This document shows, one piece after another, positions 25,402 through 39,419 of a DNA stretch of 64,000 nucleotides. Made by a program: the position numbers and the translations under genes. Origin of the DNA: Eledone cirrhosa (Eukaryota). The first letter of the stretch is position 1, and every line of letters starts with the position of its first letter. The stretch covers positions 29,636,001-29,700,000 of the forward strand of contig OZ024751.1 of the NCBI GenBank assembly GCA_964016885.1. Reading direction: 5' to 3'. A model generated the notes under the pieces. It searched no databases. It was not told the origin of the DNA and saw nothing but the letters and a program-made list of their open reading frames with translations.

Positions 25402-25956
25402 ACCAATAAATGTAATGAAGGAGTAACCAATCGTCCTTGTTATCCTTTCAATATATTACACTCTGTATAGCTCTACACCTCAACACAGAAGTGAACCTAA
25501 ACATCGAGTGCTCACCCAGGTGAACCTGCAGTAACTCCAAGTTACACTCCCTAAATATATATATATACCATTTCTACCTCCTCTATTTTTGAATATTGAG
25601 CACGACCATTTATCATAAATAGTAAAGTCATGTCTGTTTTTTCTTCTCTTCCTAAATTTGTGGTCTTTGCTAGCTTTATTTTACTTAGCTTTAACACTTT
25701 TCTTACCATATTCCAAACGAAATAAGCTGCCTAATTACAGTGTGTTTTATTAGAAATATGGTAATAAAATGGTTAACATAAAGGCACTTGTCTGTCCTAG
25801 TGGTTAGCATGTTGGGCTTACAAACATGAAGTCATAAGTTTAATTCCAAGACCAGGTAACATATAGTGTCGTGAGCAAGACACTTTATTTTACATCATTC
25901 AGCTATTGCAGCAGCTTGGCGTTAGCTCTGGGCTGGACTAACACCCTGTCTCTTAA

Positions 25957-26216
25957 CCCTTTAGCATTTACATTACTCTATATTTACTATTGTATTTTCA
26001 TGGTAAAGGCTTTTATTCTATATTTACTATTGTATTTTCATGATAAAGGTTTTACCTAACATAATTATCTCATTAATATCGAATCTATGAGATTTTTATA
26101 TTATCTATTTTAGCACCAATACCTTAACATCAGTATGAGCAGCTGGTTACAGCTGGTTTGAACAGAAAGAGGTGAGAGAATTCTGGCCAGATACAGCTGG
26201 TTTAAATGCTAAAGGA
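25957..26216. mobile_element. piggyBac-type MITE (followed by a partial tandem copy, 26221-26395)
   Basis: TTAA|CCCTTTAGCATTTA...TAAATGCTAAAGGA|TTAA. Confidence 0.85.
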
Positions 26217-26434
26217 TTAAGGCTTTAGCATTTACATTATTCTGTATATACTATTGTATTTTCATGATAAAGGCTTTACCTCACATAATTATCTCACATA
26301 ATATCGAATCTATGAGATTTTTATATCATTTATTTTGAGACCAATACCTTAACATCAGTATAAGCAGCTGGTTACAGCCAGTTTGAACAGAAATGTTAAA
26401 GTTATACTCTCAGTGGTTTTAATCCCCTTGATAT

Positions 26435-26600
26435 AATTGTTTCTACTTTTGGCACAAGGCCAGTAATTACCCAGTACATTACTGGTACTTCATTTTATCA
26501 ACCCCGTAAGGATGTAAGGCAAAGTTAACCTCGGCAAGATTTGAACTCAGTCCGTAAAGGGACGTAACTCTATGCTGGAAAGCATGGCGTCCGACATAAT
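26435..26600 (-). mobile_element. Deu/Nin-like SINE copy
   Basis: Reverse complement of the 13080-13270 type. Confidence 0.85.
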
Positions 26601-26839
26601 GATAATCTACGGGCTTTATCCAAACCATGCCTACATGAAAAAAAAAAACCCAAAACATGAAATTATGTAAAACAATGTAACATTTCTTATAAAATGTTTA
26701 TAATATGAAAGGAGAAAATATCTAAGAAACAAAAATGGACGTCAGTTTTGAAGCTTTAAAAAAATATTTTTATATCTTTGTTGATTGATGTATAATTGCC
26801 AGGGAGTTGGAAAACATCCAGCCCCACTCTTCATGTCTA

Positions 26840-29760
26840 TGTCTCTCTTTTTCTCACTCCTTCTCTCTCCCCTGTCTTTCTCTCTCTTTCGCTCTCTCTC
26901 TCTCTCTCTGTCTTTGTCACCTTCTCTCTCTCTTTGCTCTATTTGTCTTCGTCACTTTCTCTTACTCTCTCTCTCCCTTTCTCTCTCTCCCTCTCTCTGT
27001 CTTTGTCACCTTTTCTCTCTCTCTCCTTTGCTCTCTCTGTCTTTGTCACCTTCTCTCTCTCTATCATAACTTTTTACATGATATATTATGTAAAATATCA
27101 CCAACAGATAACAGATAGTTATAGTTCAAGCAGTTTGCCTCTTTAGTTTGTTTATATTTTCATTCATTCCCCTTATTCATTCATTCTCTGTCTTCATTCA
27201 TTCTCCTTCATTTGTTTTCTTTCCTCATTCATTTTCTTTCTTCATTGTTTTCTCTCTTTATTTGCTCTCTTTCTTCATTCATTTTCTTTTTTCATTCATT
27301 CTCCTTCATTCCTTTTCTTCAGTCATTCTACTTCATTTGTTCTCTTTCTTCAGTCATTCTCCTTCATTCATTTTCTTTCTTCGGTTGTTCTCCTTCATTC
27401 ATTCTCTGTCTTCATTCATTTTCTTTTTTCATTCATTCTCCTTCATTCGTTTTCTTTTTTCATTCATTCTCCTTCATTCGTTCTCTTTCTTCAGTCATTC
27501 TACTTCAGTCATTCTCCTTCATTCATTCCTTTTCAATCATTCTCCTTCATTCGTTCTCTTTCTTCATTCATTCTCCTTCACCCGTTCTCCTTCATTCATT
27601 CCTTTTCCTCAGTCGTTCTCCTTCATTCGTTCTCTTTCTTCATTAGTTTTGCTTCTTCAGCTGTTGAACTTTTTTTTTTTTTAGAAAGGGAAACTAATTT
27701 GGCAGGATGACTGCCATAGAAATCTGAGAGATTGACGCAATAGAATAAATAGAAGGAGGCTGGGAGAAGAAGAAAACTAAGAATATCTCAAAGACTGGTG
27801 GTAGAATTCACATGGAAGTCACTGCTAGGATAAATAAAAGTGCAGTGGGGGCGGTAGAGAATGATGGAATGGAATGGGAGTAAAAACCGAGGTGGAAAAA
27901 CAGCAACAAAAAACAAAAGAAAAAAAAACATAAATAAATAAATAGAACAGGAACGAAAAAGGATATGGGGGTGCGGTGGGGTGGAATTATGATGGAGGAG
28001 AAGTATGAACGAAAAAAGTGTCCAAGCATTGCCTCTCATCTAACAATATAATTAGAAACCATTCCAGGACCAAATACTTTTTACAACAGCTTCGGATACT
28101 GTTACTCTCTAACCTAAACTTTAATTTAGTTTTCAATTTAACGTTAAATTGAATTTCTCTCCTCTCTCCCCTCTGCCCTCTCTTGCCCTTTCCTCGATCC
28201 CCCTCTCCCCCTCTCCTATCTCTTTTCCCTCTCCTCTCCTATCTCCCACTATCCTCTCTCCCCCTTTCTCTCATGCTATTCCCCTCTCCCTTTTCCCTCT
28301 CTTTGCTCTCCTTTCTCTCCCCATCTTTCCCCTCTTCCCTCACTCCCCCCCTTCCCCCTCCCCACTCTCTTCCCCTCTTCCCCACTCTCTTCCCCCACTC
28401 TCCTCCACTCTTCCCCCACTCTTCTCCACTCTCTTCCCCTCTCCCTCTTTCTGCCACTCACCCCCTTTCTCCCACTATCCTCTCTCCCCCTTTTTCCCAC
28501 TCTCTCCATCTCTCCCCTTTTTCTTTCTCCCTCACTTCTTTCTTTCCTTTTGTCATTTTCTTTTGTTAGGTTTTTTTTAGGAGGGGAGGAGGAGCTTGTT
28601 TTGTTTTGTTTTCTTAGGTATTTTTGTTGTTTTTGTTCATATCTTTATTCTCTTCCTTCCTTTTGGGGAAATTTTTTTCTTTTTCTTTTTCTTCACTTGG
28701 GGCCAGATTTCATTCCCTTTTCTCTATTCTGTATATATTCTTTCAGTCCTACTCTTGGCCTCCTCCGCTCTTTTTCTTTTTTTGTCCTTCTTCTTCATCT
28801 TCCTCTTTCATTCTTCTTTTACCTTTGTCCTTCTTCTCCTTCATCTTTGTCTTGCTCCCTCTCTCCCCCTCTCCATTTTTCTCTCTCCATCTCTCTCAAA
28901 TTCTTTCACTCTCTCTCTCTGCCGATAACATCTCTCTCTCTCTGCCCATAACTCTCTCTCTTCATCTCACTCACTCTCACCATCTCTCTCTCTGCCCATA
29001 ACTCTCTCTCTTTATCTCACTCACTCTCTCTCTCCCTGCCCATAACTCTCTCTCTTCGCCTCACCATCTCTCATTCTCACCATTCTCTCCCTCTTTCTCT
29101 CTCTCCCTCTCTCTCCCCTTCTGGACATTAGACCAATCTTATCCAAATTAGGTTTACCCTCAGACATTCCATCACCCTTATATCCCTTATGTTTTGTTTC
29201 ATTTTCAAGTGTTTTTTACAGTATTGGTGGTGGTGGTGACGTTTTTGCTGGTGGTGATGTTGTTAGTGTTGTGGGTGTTGGTGGTGTTGGTGTTATTGGT
29301 GGTGGTGGCGTTGTTGTGGAGGTGTTGTTAGTGTTGTTGTTGTGTTGTGGGTGTTGGTGTTTTTGCTGGTGGTGGCGTTGTTGTGGAGGTGTTGTTAGTG
29401 TTGTTGTTGTGTTGTGGGAGTTGTTTGTGTTGGTGGTGTTGGTGGTATTGTTGGTGGGGGTTGGTGTTATTGGTGGTATTAGTGTTGTTGTTGCAGTTAT
29501 GGTGTTGTTGCTGTTGTAGTGTTGTTGGTGTTGTAGTTTCTGTTGGTGTTGTTGCTGTTGTAGTTTCTGTTGGTGTTGTTGGAGGTGGTTGTGGTGGTAT
29601 TGTTAATGGGGGTGAGTACTGGCAGTGTTATTTGTGGTGTTGTTGCTATTGTTGTTGTTATTGTTGGTGATGGTGAATAGTAGTGGTATTGGTGTTGGCG
29701 GTATAGGTGGTGGTGGTGAATAGTGAATAGTGTTATTGGTGGTGGTGGTGGTGTTGGGTG
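26840..29760. repeat. Low-complexity zone: (TC)n, (TTCA)n-derived, C/T-rich and (GTT/GGT)n tracts
   Basis: Direct inspection. Confidence 0.85.
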
Positions 29761-30129
29761 TCTTTCTTTCCTGCAACTGTCCAAGACATCCATCTCCCTG
29801 CCACATTTCCAAATAAAAAACTCCAATCTCAGTTCCTGTAAGAGATCATCAACCCTTTGGTGCTAAGGAAACCTGATAGCTTTTCTTCCACACTCAACAT
29901 AATACATTCTTTTCTTCTTCATTTTCTTCTTCTTCTTCTTCTTCTTCTTCTTCTTCTTCTTCTTCTTCTTCTTCTTCTTCTTCTTCTTCTCATCATCCCC
30001 CCCACCTCTCAACCACCACTACTTTCTCTCCTCTACTATCATCACCACCACCGTCTTCACCATCATAATCACCATCATCATCACTGTCATCAACAGTGCT
30101 GTGATTTCACTGATTTATTCCAGTGTTGG

Positions 30130-30830
30130 ACGAGATGCCTTCTAGTATTTGTTATAGTTCATTACATTCTGAGTTCAAATCCTTGGTAAACTTTACCTTT
30201 TATCCTTCTGGATAAACAAATAAAGTAAAGAACAAGGATGTGGGGGGGGGGGGGATGCTGTGGCGGTGGCAATGGGGTTAAGTATGGCACGATGACAATA
30301 ATAATGATGAAAATGATACCCCATCTACTATTACATCACCATACAACAATTACTACTAATAATAATAATTCTTTCTACTTTTGGCACAAGGCCAGCAATT
30401 ATCTCAGTGTATTACTGGTACTTTATTTTATTAACCTTGGCGGGATTTGAATTCAGAACCTAAAGGGCCATAACTATACTCTGCAAGGCATGGGTGATGT
30501 TCTACCTGCCAAACCATAGCCATAATAAATAATTGTTTCTACGTTAGGCACAAGGCCAGCAATTACCCAGTGCATTACTGGTACTTTATTTTATCGACCC
30601 CGTAAGGATGAAAGGCAAAGTTAACCTCGGCGGGATTTGAACTCAGATCGTAAAGGGACGTAACTCTGCTGGAAAGCATGGTGTCCGACCCTCTACCGAT
30701 ACTGCCAATCCATCAATAATAATAATAATTGTTTCTACTTTTGGCACCAGGCCAGCAATTACCCCAGTGCATTACTGGTACTTTATTTTATCGACCCCGT
30801 AAGGATGAAAGGCAAAGTTAACCTCGCTTC
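30130..30830 (-). mobile_element. Tandem cluster of Deu/Nin-like SINEs (mostly minus strand)
   Basis: Repeated GGCACAAGGCCAGCAATTACCCAGTGCATTACTGGTACTTTATTTTATCGACCCC. Confidence 0.85.
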
Positions 30831-31162
30831 TACCACCAATAAAAATAATAATAATAATAATATTTAAAAGTAATAATTACTACAATTTCTACCAACTGCA
30901 AGAAGAAGAAGAAGAATATAAAAGAAAACCAAAGGAAAAACCGAAAATAATATCCAGAAGCTATTACTGTCAAGAAAGCAGGATGATAAGAAACAAATTG
31001 ATAGCACCAACCAACCAACCAATAACAACACTAATAACTGAAATAATTTATTACTGGAGATATTAGGTTATTATTTTGTCTGCTACTGCATCTCAGACAT
31101 CAGAAAAATCTGTTGGTTTAACCCCCCTAAGTGTACTTAAGCGAATTGTACAATTTGATTTT

Positions 31163-31165
31163 ATA

Positions 31166-31206
<41 letters not shown>

Positions 31207-31225
31207 AAATATATATATGTATATA

Positions 31226-31270
<45 letters not shown>

Positions 31271-31347
31271 ATATATGTATATGTATATATATATGTATAT
31301 GTATATATATATGTGTATGTATATGTATGTATATGTATATATATATG

Positions 31348-31380
<33 letters not shown>

Positions 31381-31449
31381 GTATATATATATATGTATAT
31401 ATATATGTATATATATATGTATATATATATATATGTATATATATATATG

Positions 31450-31496
<47 letters not shown>

Positions 31497-31525
31497 GTAT
31501 ATATATATATGTATATATATATATG

Positions 31526-31574
<49 letters not shown>

Positions 31575-31576
31575 GT

Positions 31577-31660
<84 letters not shown>

Positions 31661-31976
31661 CTGTATGTATATGTATATATATATGTGTATATGTATATAT
31701 ATATGTGTATATGTATATATATGTGTATATGTATGTATATGTATATATATATGTATATATATGTATGTATATGTATATATATCTGTATGTATATGTATAT
31801 ATATATGTGTATATGTATATATATATGTGTATATGTATATATATATGTATATGTATGTATATGTACATATATATAATATATACATATGTGTATATGTATA
31901 TATATATGTATATGTATGTATATGTACATATATATAATATATACATATGTATATATATATGTATATATATATATGT

Positions 31977-32042
<66 letters not shown>

Positions 32043-32122
32043 ATATATATATGTGTGTATATATATCATTATCATCATCATCATTTTACGTCTGCTTTTC
32101 CCTGCTTGCAAGGGTGGGACGG

Positions 32123-32184
<62 letters not shown>

Positions 32185-32185
32185 G
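31163..32185. repeat. ~1-kb (TA)n/(TATG)n tract containing a short RTE tail (32065-32122, minus strand)
   Basis: Direct inspection. Confidence 0.95.
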
Positions 32186-32489
32186 TTTTTATGTAGATAA
32201 TGGGTTGAATGTATTTCTTTACCGTTCCTTATTATTGCTAATTCTCAAGAGTTAAACTTTCTATTTACACTTACATCATTAGCAACTCATTAGCGACTCA
32301 TTAACAACTGCAACATCAGTAATTATGGTTATTTTATATATTGTTTCCTTGGTCTGATTTGACGAGTTCCACCCCACTCCATAACTGAACGAGGTCTGAG
32401 ATCTTGTTGATCATATGTACTATATAATGCATATCAATCCTCAATGTTGCCACCATAACTAAAATTATATTTATTAATAATAAGGATAA

Positions 32490-33505
32490 TGGGTTTTGGT
32501 TTAGGCACAGAGCCAGCAATTTTGGTGGGCAGGTGTGGGGAGAAATTCAATTAAATTGACCCCAGTGTGATATCGGTACTTTATTTTCTCAGCACCTTAA
32601 GGATGAAAGGCAGACCTAACCTTGGCAGATTTGGACTCAGAACGTAAAGGACTGTAACTCTATGCCAGCAAACATGTCTGACACTTTACTGATACTGACA
32701 ATTCACCACCTTTAATAATAATAATAATAATAATGATTTCTACTATGGGCACAAGGCCAGCAATTACCCAGTGCATTACTGGTACTTTAAATAATAATGA
32801 TTTCTACTATAGGCACAACGTCATCAATTTGAGGAGAGGAGAAAGTCGATTAATGTGACCCCCAGTGCATTATTGGTGTTTTATTTTACTGACCCCTGTA
32901 AGGATGAAAGGGAAAGCTAACCTTTGCGGGATTTGAATTCAGAATGTAAAGGGACGTAACAATATGCCACAAATCATGTAGTCCAACTCTCTTACTGGTT
33001 TTTAATCTAGGCAGAAATCCTGGAGTTTTAAGAGAGAGGAAAGTCAATTAAATTGACCTCAGTATTTGACTGGTACTTTATTTTATTGACCTAAGAAGGA
33101 TGAAAGGCAAAGTTGACCTTGGTGGGATTTAAACTCAGAATGTAAAGAGCAGGATCAAATGCTGCAATGCATTATGCTCACTATGTATCACCTGCGGAAA
33201 TGCTGTATTGACATACAGCATTTCTAGGGGATTCTTTAAACCTAGCAGAACCCCTCTTTTCTCCAGGTTTGAATGCAGCAAATTTCTTCCAGAGAAAAAG
33301 AGAGAGTGAAAGAATGGAAATGAGAAAGAGATCTAGAGGGAGAAACGACCCCAGTACTTGACTGGTACTATTTTTATCACCTTTGAAAAGATGAAAGACA
33401 AAGTTGACCTCTGTGGGATTAGAACTCAGAGAGCAAAGAGCCGAAACAAATACTGCAAAGCAGTGTATGTGACATTTTAACAACTCTGTCAGTTTGCTGC
33501 CGCCT
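32490..33505 (-). mobile_element. Tandem cluster of ~5 Deu/Nin-like SINEs
   Basis: Repeated GGATGAAAGGCAAAGTT(A/G)ACCT...GGATTTGAACTCAGAA. Confidence 0.85.
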
Positions 33506-33920
33506 TTATTCACTATACACACTTCAAAAAAGAAAAAAAGAATCACTTTTGTATTGTGTAACAAGAAGCAGTTCCAGGTGGTTTGGTATCCAGAGTGTTA
33601 AATTGCAATTATTCAACAAAATATTTATTAAATACATCATTATTTTGATATTCTCTTATTACTAGAAATTAAGAATTTCATTTACATAATTTAAAAAAAA
33701 TAATTTTTCTTTATACGAAAAAATACAAAATGAAAATAATACTTGTGAAATTATTTAAATGCAAAAAAAAGGAAAAATTAAATAAACCAAAAAAGTAAAA
33801 ATGATTTTTATTTTATTTAAGCTCCACAGTTAGTAATGGTGTTGAACAGTTGAACTGGTCTAATGTGATCTGATTAATGAGAGGGGAGAGAGCAGAGAAT
33901 GAGGGGATAGAGCAGAGAAT

Positions 33921-34080
33921 GAGAGTGAGGTAGGAGGAATGGGGGTAAAGAATGGTGGTGGTGGTGTTGGGAGAGTGAGGTAGGAGGAATGGGGGTAAAG
34001 AATGGTGGTGGTTGTGTTGGGAGAGTGAGGTAGGAGGAATGGGGGTAAAGAATGGTGGTGGTGGTGTTGGGAGAGTGAGA
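33921..34080. repeat. 50-bp G-rich minisatellite (3 copies), decaying to ~34440
   Basis: Units start at 33921, 33971 and 34021. Confidence 0.9.
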
Positions 34081-35254
34081 GTGATGTAGGAGGAGAGGGA
34101 AAGATGAGGGAGGAATGAAACAGATAATGATGGTGGTGATGGTGGTGGTGGTGTTGGGAGAGTGAGACGTGGGAAGGGGGATGGAGAAATGGAACAGAGA
34201 ATGGTGGTGGTTTTAGGAGAGTGTTAGTGAGAGGTGGGAGGGTTGGGAGAATGGAGCAGAGAATGGTGCTGGTGGTGGCAGTGGTGGTGGTGTGAGAGTG
34301 AGAGGTGGGAAGGGAGGGGGAATGGAGCAGAGAATGGTCCTGGTGGTGGTGGTGGTGGTGCTGATGTTGGGAGAGTGTTAACGAGAGGTGAGAAGGGTGA
34401 AGGAAAAGGAGCAGAGAATGGGTGGATGGTAGTGGTGGTTGGGAGGTCGGGGGTGTGGGTGGGGGGTGTCTTGGATCATTAATGTATTTTGTTTACTCAT
34501 TCATTATGGCTTGTCACTTGAAGAATTGTCTTGAAAACTCTTGTTACATATTGGATGTCTTCAGTTGAAGTTGAAGGAAAAATAAGCTAAGTTCTATGAT
34601 CATTCTGGTCATTGCTCTTGACCAATAATTGTCTTAAATGTCAGAACAACAAGAGGTCTGTCTCTTCAACTTCAAACATACTGAAGCAGCTCGGAAACAT
34701 TTCTGTTAAATGAAATGCCAATTCTATGTCCTTTCTTTGCCTCTCTTCTCTTTTTTTCTTTCTCTTCAACTTAAAATAAATAAAATATATAAATAACATG
34801 AGATATAAATAATTTATATTAATGATTGAAATATCATTTTAGTTTTCTTTTAAAAGTTCGTTTTATATATATAATTTTTTTTTGTATTTTTGTATTTGTG
34901 TATTTTTTTGATTTTTGTTTTAGTATTAAGAATCTTTGCCCTACATTTATGGAATGTCACAGTGAGTAATTTGTTTTAATGGTGTGACACACCTGTTTCT
35001 ATATCTGTATGAAATGAGGGTAAAACCCAAGGTATTCACCAGGTGTAATTCTAAACTACCAACAAGAGACTATGAGACTCCGTACACACAGTTCCCGTAA
35101 CAGTTCACTTCAGTTCTTATTTATAAAGTTTCACCTAGTCCACTTTTAGTTAGGCGGGGGCTATTCACGTTTTTTCCCCACAACATTATCAAAAATATTT
35201 TTTTCTTTTGTTTTTCTTTGTTTTGTCCTAGTATATAGGTAGATTAATAACTAT

Positions 35255-35830
35255 TTTGATGCCAACACACCTGAAACTATTTTATCATGGCAGCCACAAC
35301 ATTAGAGAGATTACAACTGACAAGCTCTTACAACATATTTTTTTGCATGGCTTCTGCAGTTAGATTCACTTTCTCACAGTTCCCACTTTTGGAAAAATTA
35401 CTGGGTATATTTTATCATAGCAGCAGAAGTAGAGAGGTTGTCACATCCTAGATGTGACTGCAGAATCTTCTCAACACTTTTGTTTTGCATGTTTTCTGCA
35501 GTTGGATTCTCTTCCAGACAGTTACCATTTTACAGAGTTTACTTGGTACATTTTATCATGGCTGCAGGAATAAACAGGTTATCATGTATTAGATGCAACA
35601 GCAGAGGCTTCTCAGCTCTTTTGTTTGGCACTGTGTTTACAGCTAGATGTTCTTCCTCATGCCAACATATTTACACATTTACAGAGTATACTGTGTTGAT
35701 TTTATAATGACACTAGCACTACAGAAGCTGTCAGGTCTGGATGTCACTGAAGACACCTCTCCTCTTAATACTTTGTTTAACATAGTTTCTATGGCTGGAT
35801 GTCCTGCTTAATGCCAAACACTTTACAGTA
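35255..35830 (-). repeat. Degenerate ~120-140-bp tandem array of the RTE 5'-UTR-type module
   Basis: Repeated TTTTATCATGGC...TTT(TG)CAT(G)GTTTCTGCAGTTGGAT...TTTACAGAGT.TACT; the reverse complement resembles 50240-50320. Confidence 0.6.
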
Positions 35831-36151
35831 TGTGACAAAAATAAAACATGAAATAATATAAAAATCACAATATAGATATTTTGTTAAAGTTTACATTTTT
35901 ATTAAACACTTATCTTCTGGATATGCATGAAGATATATATATACATACATTTAGGTTTGTTGGTTCACCACTGGATAGAACTGGTCATTCCGTATGGTCA
36001 ACCTTGATGTAATATTAGGGAGAGCACTCAACGTTATGCAACTCACCAGTCCAGCCTCCTGTTATTTTATATATATTTACTATATTTATTATAAGAACAA
36101 TATTATAAGAAATCTTCGGATTTTAGTCTTCACATTTCTTATTACTATATT

Positions 36152-36203
<52 letters not shown>

Positions 36204-36375
36204 GTATATATATGTATATATGTATAGAAAATGATGATGATGATACATATATATATATATGAGAGATATGGGGTTCAGTTCCTTATAGCAGCCAATGGCA
36301 ATGTCTTTTTCCATCTTTAAATGTCGTCTCCCTATTTTATATATGTATATATATATATATATATATGTATATGTT

Positions 36376-36418
<43 letters not shown>

Positions 36419-36439
36419 ATATATATATACATATGTGTA

Positions 36440-36480
<41 letters not shown>

Positions 36481-36488
36481 ATACATAT

Positions 36489-36521
<33 letters not shown>

Positions 36522-37108
36522 AAAATATTATTTATAATAATAAAATCTAATATTTTTTGCAAGTGTCAGCCGAGTCTGAAATTCTCTTTGGTAAGAGACA
36601 ACAGATGTACTCTTGACATATTGCTTCTTTGACTTGAATTTCACAAGAATTCTTATGCCTGTTTGTTATTTATTGTTGTTGTTGTCTGATATTAGGTTGA
36701 TCTGATGTGATACCAACCAAAAATAGATACAAGAGCATCAAAGAAGGAACCCGAAAAAATAATAACAAGATAAAAAAAATTAAAAGTAAAAAAAAAAAAA
36801 GTACACACACATATACACACAAAAAATAAAAAATAGACACAGTTCTTCTATTGAATGTTTCTGATTTAAGTTTAGCTTTCCACTGTAAATCTATTAGAAA
36901 GCAACAGAACCTTCTTTTATCATATGTGTATTAGGCAAAAAAAAAAAAGAAGCTTATATATGACTACAGCAAAAATAGAGTAAAAAAGAATTTTTTGATG
37001 GAGTTCGCTATTACGAGATATCTGAAAGTTTCTAGTAAAGAGGTGAGGAAGATTATACGTTTTTAGCAAAGAGGTGTAGTTAGTATGTGTAGAAACTTTG
37101 GATCAAAT

Positions 37109-37159
<51 letters not shown>

Positions 37160-37205
37160 TACATAGATACACACACACACACATAAATATATATAGGTGT
37201 GTGTG

Positions 37206-37236
<31 letters not shown>

Positions 37237-37964
37237 TTGCTATTGGGGAAAGCGGATGTTAGAACGAACGACATAGATATATATTTATGCATGTGTGTGT
37301 GTGTATATATATATAACTATTTATGTGTGTGTACATATGTATATATATGTGTATATATATGTGTATATATATATGTATGTATATATATATATATGTGTGT
37401 ATGTATATATATATATGTGTGTATGTATATATATATACGTGTGTATACATATATATAATATATATATAAATATACACACATATATATATGTGTTTGTGTA
37501 TGTATACATACGTATATACACATGTCTGTGTGTGTATACATATATATGTGTGTATGTGTGTATAAAAAAAGAGAATAGTACTTTCCATTAAGAAAAATTT
37601 GTGATATAAATGTAAAAGTGTAAAAAGAATGAAGCGAAGTGTTATGAAGTGTAGCAAGTATTAAAATAGATATATATGTGTTCATATTACTGCTTAGTCA
37701 GACATTATATGGTGGTGGTGGTGGTGGTGATGATGGTGTAGTGGTGGTGGTGGTGATGATGGTGTAGTGGTGGTGGTGGTGATGATGGTGTAGTGGTGGT
37801 GGTAGTGTGATCGTGGGGTAGTAGTGGTGGTGGTGTTAATGGTGATTGTGTGGTGGTGGTAGTAGCGTTGATGGCGGTGGTGTTGTTAGTGTTGCTGTTG
37901 GTTGTGTTAGTGGTACTGTTGTTGGTGGTTGTGCTGTTTTTGTTGTTGTTGTTGGTGTTCTTAG

Positions 37965-38328
37965 TTTATTGGCCTTGTTCCTAATGTAGAACACCTTACT
38001 ATCCAAGGTGGACTTTGCCAACTATCCTTCCAGTGTTGATAAAATAAGTACCAGTCAAATACTGAGGTTGATATAATCGATTTACCCACTCTGCACCCTT
38101 CACTTAGTTGATGGCCTTCTGCCTAAATTAGAAATCATTTGGATTGGCAGTATCGGTAGAGGGTCGGACGCCATGCTTTGACGCATAGAGTTACGGCCCT
38201 TGCCATTCTGAGTTCAAATCCCGGCCGAGGTTAACTTTGCCTTTCATCCTTACAGGGTTGATAAAATAAAGTACCAGTAATGTACTGGGGTAATTGCTGG
38301 CCTTGTGCCAACAGTAGAAACAATTATT
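37965..38328 (+). mobile_element. Two SINE copies abutting an RTE fragment
   Basis: Full Deu/Nin-like copy at 38140-38328. Confidence 0.85.
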
Positions 38329-39390
38329 TTACATGTGGCCGGTGCTCTGGTGCAATAAGTAGCAGCAAGTGCCCACAAAATACTAGCTCTTTCAATTGCG
38401 CAGAGGGTTCTATAGAAATAGTGGACAGCTTCCGTTACCTGGGCGATAAAATCAGCAGTGGGGGAGGGTGCTCTGAAAGTACTGTAGCTAGAGTCAGAAC
38501 TGGTTGGAAAAAGTTCAGAGAGCTTATACCACTATTAGCTGCTAAAGGGTTCTCCCTAAAAATGAAAGGCAGGTTGTACGATGCCTGCATACGAACAGCA
38601 ATGCTGCATGGCAGTGAGACCTGGGCATTGTGTGCAGAGGATATACGCAGACTAGAGAGGAACGAAGCTTGCATGCTCCACTGGATGTGTAACAGTAATA
38701 TACGTGAACGGCAAAGCATAAACGAACTAAGGAAAAAATTAGAGATAAGAGGGATCAGATGTTGTTTACTCGAGAGAAGGCTACGTTGGTATGGACACGT
38801 GATGCGCATGAAAGTCGATAGCTGTATAACAAAGTGCAGGGCAATAAAGATAGACGGTAGTCACGGAATAGGCAGACCTAGAAAAACCTGGGACGAGCTG
38901 ATAAACTCCGACATCACACACTTACACCTCTCCAAGACAATGTCACTGGACCGAGACCTTTGGCGGTACTCAGTAACAGAGAAGACCCGCCTTACCTAAA
39001 TATATAGTAAAACCTACTCCAGCCAGTAGGCATCTCTAACAAAATACACCCCCGTCCCACCACCACCACCCCCACCCCATCCACACCACCCCGTTCTATG
39101 TAAAGTTATGTTGGTGCCGCGCCATCGAGGCCGAAACAAATGAGATCGTGTAGGTGTCACGACAAAAAAACACACAGTCCACGCTGTAATGTGGCCGTGT
39201 AGGCAACACGGTAAAAACCTCCCAGACCCACACTGTAAATGTGGTTGGTGTTAGGAAGGGCATCCAACTGTAGAAAACCTGCCAGACAGTCCTATGCGAG
39301 CAAGACAACCACTCTTGCCTCAAGTGGGACTACCCCCGTCCAAACCCATGCAAGCATGGAACACGGACGTTAAACGTTGATGATGATGAT
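38329..39390 (+). mobile_element. RTE LINE (family B) 5'-truncated copy with an uninterrupted C-terminal ORF to 38999
   Basis: TCGRC...VDSFRYLGD...AMLHGSETWA...RRLRWYGHVMRM...GRPRKTW. The ORF-track Met lies in the upstream SINE. Confidence 0.95.
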
Positions 39391-39419
39391 GTGTCAGCAT
39401 TTGAAATTTCATTCTCTGG

